DNA of 63,316 nucleotides, taken from the IMG/VR virus record IMGVR_UViG_3300020474_000010, positions 1 to 63,316 of that record; one strand, 5' to 3'. A program made the position numbers and the translations under genes. The notes below the pieces were generated by a model. It was not told where the DNA came from, ran no database searches, and was given only the letters and a program-made list of their open reading frames with translations. Source of the DNA: a virus (taxonomy: Duplodnaviria > Caudoviricetes). Below are positions 1 to 9,700 of this stretch, one piece after another. The stretch's first letter is position 1, and every line of letters starts with the position of its first letter.

Positions 1-992
1 CATATGTGAATTCTTCCTTCTTCTAGATTAGAATTATACCTGAGCGCTCCTGGGAAGTTCCTCCTTGAACCTTGTGATTTATTACTATATGCTTCGTTTG
101 CTCCACCTGTTACAGCAAAGAGTCCAGTACCTGTTTGTCCAAATGTAGGTTTAAATCTTTCAGATACTTCACCACGGAATCCAACAATAACTCCAGTTCC
201 AATCCATTCATACCTATTGATAGGCATATCAGGGATTCCTGTAGCAGTAGTCCTTGTTTGATAGCGTAAACCAGTTTCCTTACGCTCACCTAATGTAAAC
301 TTACCTCTAGCTGCTTCTACTGTTTGTGTATCATGAACAGTTCTGCGTCTCTGTCCAAATACTATAGAACCGTGGTCGTCCTCTCCCTCGCTGAAAGGTT
401 CTGTAATGCTTCCGCTATCTGGAGTTGGAAATGGGTCTACACCTGTACCCAGAAGCGCTTTTTGATTTTGTAGATAACCCTCGTGTAAGGGTTCTATAGT
501 TCCATAGTCTTCATCTGATAATAGTAGATCAGAATCGGTATTATAAGATGCGTTGAATATTTCTACCGCCGCACCATCAAATGCAGGTCCACCTGAACCA
601 ACCCAGAATGCGGAACTTCGTTCCATACCATCAGACATCTCGAATATGGTTCCTGAACCAATCCAGATACGTTTGAGTGACTGCCCAGCGATACCAGACG
701 CTGCGATACTACCAGAACCGAGATAACTCGTCCTAGCAAATGCTTCGTTCGTTGTAGAGGTCATAGACGCAACAGCGCCCATAGGTGTAATACTTTGATT
801 TACAATCTCTCCTCTATCTCCATCAATATTACTTTCTGCTAGGAGGGGAGTATTTGTTAATAAATTTGTTGGTGTTGCTGTAAGGTCTCCGTAATCTGCT
901 GTAGTTCCAGACGCAGAAATTTGACCTAAGTTTTCTGTCTCAAACGTTAGGTCTAGATCTGTATTCGTATCAGCATATACGTAGTTCGCCAT
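1..992 (-). CDS. Virion structural protein, N-terminal part (runs off window start)
   Basis: ATG at 992 (MANYVYADTNTDLDLTFETENLGQI...), S/T/G-rich reading frame continuing to the window edge; follows other virion genes. Absent from the ORF track because it is truncated. Confidence 0.7.
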   Translation of the reverse strand, partial: MANYVYADTNTDLDLTFETENLGQISASGTTADYGDLTATPTNLLTNTPLLAESNIDGDRGEIVNQSITPMGAVASMTSTTNEAFARTSYLGSGSIAASGIAGQSLKRIWIGSGTIFEMSDGMERSSAFWVGSGGPAFDGAAVEIFNASYNTDSDLLLSDEDYGTIEPLHEGYLQNQKALLGTGVDPFPTPDSGSITEPFSEGEDDHGSIVFGQRRRTVHDTQTVEAARGKFTLGERKETGLRYQTRTTATGIPDMPINRYEWIGTGVIVGFRGEVSERFKPTFGQTGTGLFAVTGGANEAYSNKSQGSRRNFPGALRYNSNLEEGRIHI

Positions 993-1000
993 ACAGTATC

Positions 1001-1032
1001 AAAAAAATAGGGGGACTATAAACAAGTCCCCC
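1001..1032 (-). terminator. Intrinsic terminator
   Basis: Minus strand GGGGGACT-TGTTTAT-AGTCCCCC followed by TATTTTTTT, just after the 1065..2099 stop. Confidence 0.8.
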
Positions 1033-1064
1033 ACTGAATTTATGATATAAAGAAAAGTCAGATA

Positions 1065-2099
1065 TCAGTCGAGACTGATGTTTAGAGTAACTTTAATTTG
1101 GTCACCGTTGTTCTGAATTGGATATGGACCATTTGTAAATCTTTCAGCGAACATTATGCTGCTATAAAGAGTTAGGTTACCAGTTCCATCAAGAGCAGGT
1201 GTAGTCTCGAATGTAGTACCTGAAGGAGTACTAAAGATAGTGTATGTATTTTCTGTAGTTGTAGTATTAGAAGAACCACGAGCAACGTAAATAACGTCTC
1301 CTGCCTGTAAACTATGCGCTGCACTTGTAGTGACTACAGTATAGTTTAGGTTGATTGTAGGATCAGTCGCTGCCTGAATGTTATCAGTAAGAAGAACAGC
1401 AACGTTACTAGAATCGCAAAGATAGATTCTACGAGTTGCACGGTCAATTCCTCCAACAAATACACCACTTGCTGCAATAGCACTAGTTGTTGCTGCACTA
1501 ACTTGCATACCAAGAGTAACATTGTCCATGATGGATGCAGTGTTAGGCAATGTGATGTAATCTTGTCCGATAACACCGATACATGGAGAACCAGAACTAC
1601 CTTTGTTGATAGTAGCGGCAGCAGCACCAGAAGCAGCATCAACAACACCATGTACTGAAACAGGCATGTCGTTTGCTCTTACAATATAGTAACCGTAGAT
1701 ATTACCAGCGGCACTAGTGAAGGTAAATGTCTGTTCGGGATATGTAGCAGTAGTTACAACGTTAGCAGAAGAGTCTTGGTTGATTTTCCAGCGAGCACCG
1801 TTTAGGAGAATACCATACTGAGCAGTGTAGTCGTAGCGAGCTTCAGTTCTGTTGTTAACAGCTAAAGGATAACCAGTTGAAGATGCACTACCGTACCCGT
1901 TGGTATTACCATTAGCATATGGTTCATAGTATGCAGTTGCAGAAGGAACGTCTCCCTCAGCAGGTGTTGTGTCGCTGCTATACAGCTTTAGAATTAGATC
2001 ACGGGGAGCATTATCCTCACGATCAAGAACATGATTGTTGTTATTAATTAGATAACGAAGCGACTCAAGTTCGCCAATATTAGGTACTAGCAGTGCCAT
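1065..2099 (-). CDS. Conserved cyanophage virion structural protein
   Basis: 344 aa; N-terminus MALLVPNIGELESLRYL and C-terminus AERFTNGPYPIQNNGDQIKVTLNISLD resemble cyanomyovirus structural proteins; late promoter upstream. Confidence 0.7.
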   Translation of the reverse strand: MALLVPNIGELESLRYLINNNNHVLDREDNAPRDLILKLYSSDTTPAEGDVPSATAYYEPYANGNTNGYGSASSTGYPLAVNNRTEARYDYTAQYGILLNGARWKINQDSSANVVTTATYPEQTFTFTSAAGNIYGYYIVRANDMPVSVHGVVDAASGAAAATINKGSSGSPCIGVIGQDYITLPNTASIMDNVTLGMQVSAATTSAIAASGVFVGGIDRATRRIYLCDSSNVAVLLTDNIQAATDPTINLNYTVVTTSAAHSLQAGDVIYVARGSSNTTTTENTYTIFSTPSGTTFETTPALDGTGNLTLYSSIMFAERFTNGPYPIQNNGDQIKVTLNISLD

Positions 2100-2139
2100 T
2101 TAACTTAACTCCGATGTTTGTGTTGTGCTTGCTTACGTT

Positions 2140-2147
2140 TATTTATA
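2140..2147 (-). promoter_or_regulatory. T4-type late promoter TATAAATA
   Basis: Exact TATAAATA on the minus strand ~40 bp upstream of the 2099 start. Confidence 0.8.
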
Positions 2148-2171
2148 AATCTTTCAACCGTAAATTATTTA

Positions 2172-2882
2172 TCATAACAAGACTTTCAGACCGACCATAA
2201 ATCTTCTAATGATCGTCACGCCTTGTACTTTGAATCTTAGGATGTCTCCTGCGATCAAATTTTTGTCCCATAATGTTAGGTTATCGTTAGTTCCTTTTAA
2301 ATTTCCTGCAATGATAGTAGGATAGTCCGTACTAACAATTGAAGAAAAACCATTTGGATAATCGTTATAACTGCATTTCTCAATATCTAATCTGAGAAAT
2401 CCAACGACATCACCAACGACAGTCCATGTATCGATTTGTCCTGTAACATCTATTTGTAATTCACCTTTGGTTCCAGCAGTCATATCCATAGATCCACTAC
2501 TATGAACAAAATTAATTGTTCTCGTTAGATCTGCAGTTGTTGCTAAAGCAACAATGAAAACTTTATCTCCTACAGAAGGAGCAGTACTAAAAGCAATTTG
2601 ATTGTTAGTTACTGAATAATCAACACCTGGGTGTTGAACTGCACCATTTACAGAAACAATGATTTGACTAGAGTCAGTTGGAACATATGTCTCGTTACTA
2701 GCTGTTAAATTAAAAACAGTTTGAGAATTGTTGAACTGACTAGTAAAGTCATCCAGAACAATATTATTATTCTGTAGATATTTAGCGGGTATATCATAGG
2801 TAACACCAACCGCATACTTTTTCTGCGCAGGAGTAACTACATTGTAGTTAGAATTCTGTACACTGACGTTATACGTAGGCAT
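2172..2882 (-). CDS. Virion structural protein (baseplate/tail-associated beta module)
   Basis: 236 aa; the module VSVNGAVQHPGVDYSV..IAFSTAP recurs in gp7 (DGVLQEP..YTISG..LRFAKAP). Confidence 0.65.
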   Translation of the reverse strand: MPTYNVSVQNSNYNVVTPAQKKYAVGVTYDIPAKYLQNNNIVLDDFTSQFNNSQTVFNLTASNETYVPTDSSQIIVSVNGAVQHPGVDYSVTNNQIAFSTAPSVGDKVFIVALATTADLTRTINFVHSSGSMDMTAGTKGELQIDVTGQIDTWTVVGDVVGFLRLDIEKCSYNDYPNGFSSIVSTDYPTIIAGNLKGTNDNLTLWDKNLIAGDILRFKVQGVTIIRRFMVGLKVLL

Positions 2883-3217
2883 CAGGATACTCCTGGGGTT
2901 ACTTCTATAATTCCTTCAATGACTCTTGACTTAGTTCCTGATGGAGCAGTCAAAAGTATATCATAAACATATCTTCGGGCTTCTAATGCAGCAGTTGTTG
3001 CATTTGCTAAAGATATTGATAAGGCACCATTATATCTATCTGGGTAATCGACAACAAAGTCAGTTGCAGTAGATGATGTGTAACTTCTTCTTAGCTTAGC
3101 AACAGCGGTATATCCAGTAAGATTCAAAGGGGTAGTGTTCGCTTCGTTCTGGATGTTGAACGTTGCAGCGAAATCTGTACCCTTCTCGCAAATCAAATTT
3201 ATAGGTATTGCCGCCAT
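2882..3217 (-). CDS. Small virion structural protein
   Basis: 111 aa; LTGYTAVAKLR...YVYDILL...RVIEGIIEVTPGVS pattern common in phage virion modules; late promoter upstream. Confidence 0.65.
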   Translation of the reverse strand: MAAIPINLICEKGTDFAATFNIQNEANTTPLNLTGYTAVAKLRRSYTSSTATDFVVDYPDRYNGALSISLANATTAALEARRYVYDILLTAPSGTKSRVIEGIIEVTPGVS

Positions 3218-3223
3218 TAGTCT

Positions 3224-3254
3224 AAAATAAAACCCCCCACTATTTAGCGAGGGG
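3224..3254 (-). terminator. Intrinsic terminator whose hairpin contains a late promoter (GCTAAATA, 3241-3248)
   Basis: Minus strand CCCCTCGCTA-AA-TAGTGGGGGG followed by TTTTATTTT. Confidence 0.65.
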
Positions 3255-3262
3255 AAAACTCG

Positions 3263-3490
3263 TTATGCTGGTTCTACACTTGCTGGTGTACCTGCTGCCT
3301 CTCCGTCTGTGTGTTCATGATCTTTGTTCTGTTCTTCTAACAGAGCAAGAGTTTCTAAACCACCAACTAGTTTTGTGCGGTACTCGTTAAGTTTAACCAG
3401 TTCTTCTTTTACTTTCGTAATTTTTGTATCGGCATCTTTGAGTTGTGCCTCAAATTCACCTTTCAGTTTTGTTGTATCTGTGCAAGACAT
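3263..3490 (-). CDS. Hypothetical coiled-coil protein
   Basis: 75 aa with heptad-like Leu/Lys/Glu pattern; in operon. Confidence 0.7.
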   Translation of the reverse strand: MSCTDTTKLKGEFEAQLKDADTKITKVKEELVKLNEYRTKLVGGLETLALLEEQNKDHEHTDGEAAGTPASVEPA

Positions 3491-3496
3491 AATAAT

Positions 3497-3703
3497 TCAT
3501 GAATAGTCTGATCTATTTATTATAGCACGTAAAAGCGATCTGAGCTCAGTTATTTCATCTTTGAGATTTTTTAGTTCCTGATCCTGAAGTTCCTGTCTAA
3601 CTCTAGAAGCTCTTACTTTTTCAAATAACTTTGTATCTTTATTAACTATAGCATTTGTATTGGGGTCTCTATACAGACCATCTTCGCCTTCAACCTTGTA
3701 CAT
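3497..3703 (-). CDS. Hypothetical protein (conserved cyanophage type, C-terminal coiled coil)
   Basis: 68 aa; KVEG..GLYRD..TNAIVN motif; TAATG overlap with the upstream gene. Confidence 0.75.
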   Translation of the reverse strand: MYKVEGEDGLYRDPNTNAIVNKDTKLFEKVRASRVRQELQDQELKNLKDEITELRSLLRAIINRSDYS

Positions 3704-6700
3704 TAGAAACTCGCCACCGCTCTCAGGTCTTGTACCTTAGGTACGTATGCTGGATTATCAGATTCCATAATAACTTTAACTGCAAATGATGTAAACTCTG
3801 GTAAATTACTTACACTGAATGGTAATTGTTGATAAGAATCTTGTTTTTCAAAGAGACCTGAGATCTCATTTTCTGCAGATGCTTCAATATCAATATCTGG
3901 TATACCTGTAATGTTAAAGAATGCCCACTCAATATCATCAAAGTTCTGTTCACTAGATGATTCTTTAATTTTGTAAAGGACTTTAATATTAGATACTTCT
4001 CTAATATTTGCTGTTAATTTAACATCAATAGTTGTTCCTGGATTCTCTAGAGAAATTTCTTTTGTTATGTACTTAGAAACACCAGATGTATTTTTAGATC
4101 TGTTTTCAGCAACAAATTCAACACCAGCAGTATAACCTACCGTCTTAACAATCCACCAATCATTTGTATTTGATGCTTGATTTACATACTGAACTGCATC
4201 TCCAACACGGAAAACGTCAGGTAACTGACTTGTAGGTGTTGCGTTTCTAGTAAATGCAGAACCACCTGTTACAGCAGCAGTGAAATCTCCATTGATTGCT
4301 TCTTTATCATTGAATACAGTCAATACCTGTGACTGTGCATCCCAGTCAACAATGTTACCACTTATCTTATCAAGATATAATTCATCATCAGCGATAGAAG
4401 AACTTTGTGATAGGTTGTATGCATTCAATGTAGTATTGATACTAAAGGATGGTTTAACTTCAGTTGCTCCAGAGTTTGTGATTGTAACACCAGTTAAAGA
4501 AGTCTGAGTAGAGAAAGTCAATGCTTCAGATGCTTTGAATTGTCCGCTATTTCTTAACTGTACAGTTACAGTATTAGTAGATGTATCCCATGCTAGGACT
4601 TTACCACTACCACCTTTCAAACCAGCAACCTCAGATGTATTAGTATTTGTTGTAGAATCAACTGTCTGACCTACATCTATATCAGTACCACTGTTTCCAG
4701 TAATAGCAAATTCATAAATTTTATAGAACTCTAAGAGTTGATTCTGTCTACCATATCTCTTTTCAGTTCCTACAGCAGATTCGATTCTATTACTAATAGT
4801 TTTAACAGAACTAGTTCTTAGATCAATAACTGGAGATAGATTAGATATATCAGATGATAGATCTAGTTTGTATACTAGTGAATTGGATAGACCATTGTAT
4901 AGTTCATTAACACGAGAAGCAACTACTTTTTGATTGATAAAGTAATGCTCTTGTTTGATGAAAGTTTTTTCGTATCCAGTTTGTGAATATGATGCATAGT
5001 TTACAGGTCCATTATCAATAGGAATAATATTAGTTGTTTTTACAGAAGAACTAATCTTAGTCTCTTTAAATGAAAGGTAACCAATATCAGCATATAGTTT
5101 TTCAAACTTTCTGTTATTAGAAACTAAACCTGCAACACCACCACCAATATCGTTAGAACTTGCTTCTGTAGGTGATACAATATTGAAACTATCAACACCA
5201 ACATTTTCTACTTGGAATAGATTAGTATTAATTGTAGACGCTGCAACACCACCTGTATCGCCTACACCTTTAAAGAATACGTAAGACTTACCACCTTCTT
5301 CAAAACCATGATCTCTATGATGGACACGAACATACTTATTGTTTCCTCTAAATTTCTTCAGTGTAGCACTACTGAACGCTTCACTACTTGTAGAAACAGG
5401 ATCAAGACTCATTGTTTCAAATCCAAGTTGATCGTTTGTTAGTAAGACACTAGCAGTTCTAGAATTATCAAACTCTGCACGCATTAAAGTAAACTTAATA
5501 TCTTCTCTAAGATCTTCTGTCCAACTTTCTACGTTTTGAGATCTGAATACAGATCCAAGACCAGAGATAGGAGTAACAGTTCCAGATCCAGAAACAGCAC
5601 CAACTTCTGATGCCCAAACTTCATACTCAGTAGAATCAGTTTCTACAACAAATGCATACTCAGCATTATTTTGTAAATATACTGGATATTCAAAATTAAA
5701 TACAGTTCCTATACTTCCTTGTACATCTGTTGAAAGATTTGTAGCAACACCCATTGATACACCAGGAGTATCGATATCAACAACACTTTGAATAGAGGCA
5801 CCTGCATTTCCTGAACCAGTACCATTGATTACAATAGATGGAGCACTAGTATATCCAGAACCAGAAATTGATACTTCTGAATTATAAATTTTACCACCAG
5901 AAACACCTAGACTGCCTGTAGCAGTTGTACCACCTGGTAATTGAGGACTTTCAATAACCATTGAAGCAGTATCATAATTTGTACCAGTTGCTAGAACTTT
6001 AAGATCAACCAACTTACCAGAGTCTCTAGCAATAGTCAGAGAAATTGTAGTGTTGTTTGTATTGTTTGCTAGTGTTAAAGATGGTACAGTTAATACTTCT
6101 CCAGCACTAAAGTTTGAACCATTATTATTAGAAAGAACTAAGGTATAAACCTGATCTGCAGAAAGAGGAATCTTATCTGCTGACCCTGGTAGTACTTCTG
6201 TACCAGTCCTATCAAATACTTTATAGACAGGACCAGATGCACCAGAAATAGATCCAATAATAGTTTCTGCAATTTCAATAGATGCATCTTGAGAAATGAA
6301 TACTTTTAATTTTGTTTCTGGAGCAATAGTAGATTCAGTACCAGGAATAATTGATTTCCCTGGTTTTCCACTAGCAGTGTTTGTTAGATATGTTCTAACT
6401 GGAACTTTAAGATCTTTTTTGTTAAAGAACAGTTTGATACCAGTTACAAAACATCCACCGTCTAAATTTTCAACCTTAAAGGTTTGTGTTAACGGAGAAG
6501 GTTTCTTACTTGATCCAGTGTCTGTATCAACAATTTGTTTTCCTTCATTTGTTTTGAGATTTGCAGGGAGTGTAGAAGTAACTGTAGATGTACTTGTAGG
6601 AAGGACTCCTGTTGGGTAATATTTGACTTCGGTAAATGTTTCGACATTCTCCTTAGGTTGGTCAGTTGAACTAGATGTGAATCTAATGGTTTTTTCGCCC

Positions 6701-9700
6701 ACAGTAAACTGCAGTTGTTCTGCATTTGTGTCGTACTGTGTATTGTAGATATAATTATTCCAAGTGCTACCTTGAACTGGTGGGTATCCATTTGGTATTA
6801 GAATTAATCCACTAGCATTACCAGCATCATCTGTGGTAATAGCAGAACCAAATGTAGACAATGAGTTACCAGCAACTCCACTATATCTAAGATCAGCATT
6901 AGTCCACCTAGAAATATCTCTTCCTTCAAGGAAAGGATATATTCTAGTATTAGGTTTCATTCTACGAACATTAAATTTAATTGCTTTAGATCTAGCAAAC
7001 TGTTGTAGAGAACTAGCAATAGCAGTTTCACCAATTACTTTGGTTTGTATACCTTTACCAGTCTCATTATTTTGAGGACTAATATTAGATGAACTTCCTA
7101 CATTAGCAATCTGTACAGAAGAAGTAACTGCATCAGAGTTTATTTCTGATAGAGAATTAATATTAAAGAAGTTTTGATCAGATCCTACCCAATTAACAGC
7201 ATAAGAATTATAGATGCTGGAATACGCTTCCCTTACATTATCCTTTGCTAAGAAAATTGTATAGAGTTGTGTATTATTATCTGTAATTAAAGGAGCATCA
7301 GTATTTTCATACCAAGAATCAACAGGTGCATCTAGAGATGCGTCACCCACATATTGAATAACAACAAATGGATTTGGATTGATCTTCTTAGTTGCGAATG
7401 GGTTTTCGAGGAGAGTTAATTCACTGTAAGGTAGAGTTAGAACGTCACCGTTTCTAACATAACCTGCTACAACTCTCTCATCTTCCTTAGTATTAACTTC
7501 TGTTAGATCAATACTATCTTCTCTTGCTTGTGATCTTAGTACAGACTGTTTAGTATCAATAGAACACTTATAGTCAATAGAACTTACTTTACCAACTTTA
7601 TGAGTTTCAAAATTATCTACAACAAAACCACTTTTAAATCTTTCAAATCCACTAGCATCTTTGATCTGCATGTTTAATGCTTGCTGCTCAAGAACACTAA
7701 GAAGTGTGTAATATTCTAGTCTTTCTACACGCTTTTCTAGTTTGCCGATATCACGCATTGTATAACGCTTGTTATCAACAGGTATAGTACGAACATCTTT
7801 GCTAGTAGTTGTGTACGCAGGGATATAAAGATATGCAAGTGCAATTGCATCATCTACCAATTCAGGTTTAGATGGGTTAAGTGATGAGTTACCTTCTTTA
7901 ACTAAGAATTCTCCCTTCTTGTTTAAGAATAGACCATCTATTCTATCTAAGTATTGACTCTGATAGAATGAAATTGTATATTGTAAATTAGTATCTGCTG
8001 CTGGGCATGCTGTTACAACACCACCCTCTCCATTGAATTCATTAAAGATATTTCTAGCAAAGTTAGACTGATCTTGGAATCCAGTGATTGTTGCTGCAGT
8101 ATCAACTTTTGGTCTGAAATCAATAACATCTCTTAGGTTTGTTACACCATAAACAGAAGAGTTGAATGTTGGAATCTCATCTGCAGTAACACCTGCCTCA
8201 TGAATATAAGAATCAACAACACAGAAATCTCCAGAAGAATGATCAAAATAATCAAACGAAATTAATATCTGACCTGTTGGATTATTAAATCCAGGTTTTA
8301 GAACAATTCTAGAAACATCATAGAAAGTGTCTCTTTGACCATCGTCAAATGTATATCTGTTTGTAACGTCAGTACCACTAATCAATGTACCTGCACTATC
8401 AATCTGTGGAGGTGCAGTAGTAGAACCTTCGTAAATGTAGTTAAGTTTAATTACATCAGAATATGAGATTGTATTAATCTCTGATGCATCCTGATCCTGT
8501 CCTCTGATAGGAATGACTCTATCACCAGCAGGAGTAATTACAACTTTTTTATTTCTAATAACAGTCTTTAGTCTAGGACGTGCCTTAGTAACTTCTAAAG
8601 TTGCTGTTAATTTTAGTTTAGGATATGTAGATCCACCAGACAATGAACCAAAGTAAGTAGATGATAGAGTAACTGTAACACTACCTGCAGTTAGACCTGT
8701 AGTTGTATCTGTAGAAGCTGCTACAGAAACTGCATCGGTTGGAACATAAACAACATCACCAGTTTCAACAGAGGTTGCATTACCTTTGTCTAGTACAGTA
8801 AGAAGGAAATGTTCTTCACTGAAAGATACAAATTTTTGAGTACCAAATTCAAGTTGTGCTTTAAATGTAATTTGACCACCTGAAGTAGAAGAATCTAATA
8901 CAAAATCTTTTCTAGCATAATACTTGAGAGCAGTATCATCAGTTCCTTTAACAAGAGACTTAATTTGCTTACTACCAGTTGGGAAAATTAAAGAAGACTT
9001 GGATACATTGTCTACTTTGGGTCTCACTCTGAGAACAGTAGTAGACGCAACGTTTTCTGGAAGTAAAGAATCTAAGTAAACTCTAGATTTTTTAACACCT
9101 TCAGGTTTTGTTGCTTGCTGTACAACTGCTTTTACTAGATTATTGTTAGTATCAGAGAATTGTACAATATCACCTTGTATTAAGAATTTGGATGCATCTC
9201 CTCCAAAACCTGTACACTCAACAAATGAATTACCTTGAGAACCACTGAATGTAAAGTCAGTTACGTTAGTAGATGTAATGTAAGAAGATCTAGTAAACTC
9301 AATATCAGAAGTAAACAGATTAGGTGCTTGTGCCCCTGCAGGAGCAACACCAAATCTAGAACTCATTGACTTAACATTTTGTGGTGTATAAGTTAGTACA
9401 ACATCTTGGAATAAAACTGCTCTAATAACAGCAGCATTACTGGAAGAAAATGTAGTAGATGTAGTTGTGATAGCTACAGAAGGTGGTTGAGCATACTCAA
9501 CTGAAACTCCTCCTCTATCTTCAATAGAGAGTTTGTAAATACCATTACTAGGATCTAGATTTGGTTTTATAATTGCTGGATCATATTTAACACCATCTAT
9601 AACTGCAGCAGTAAGACCACCATAGTTAATACCTCTAGAATCAACAACAAAATGAGATACTGTATTTTCTTTTGCAATTCTTAGAGAGTTACCTGCTTCA

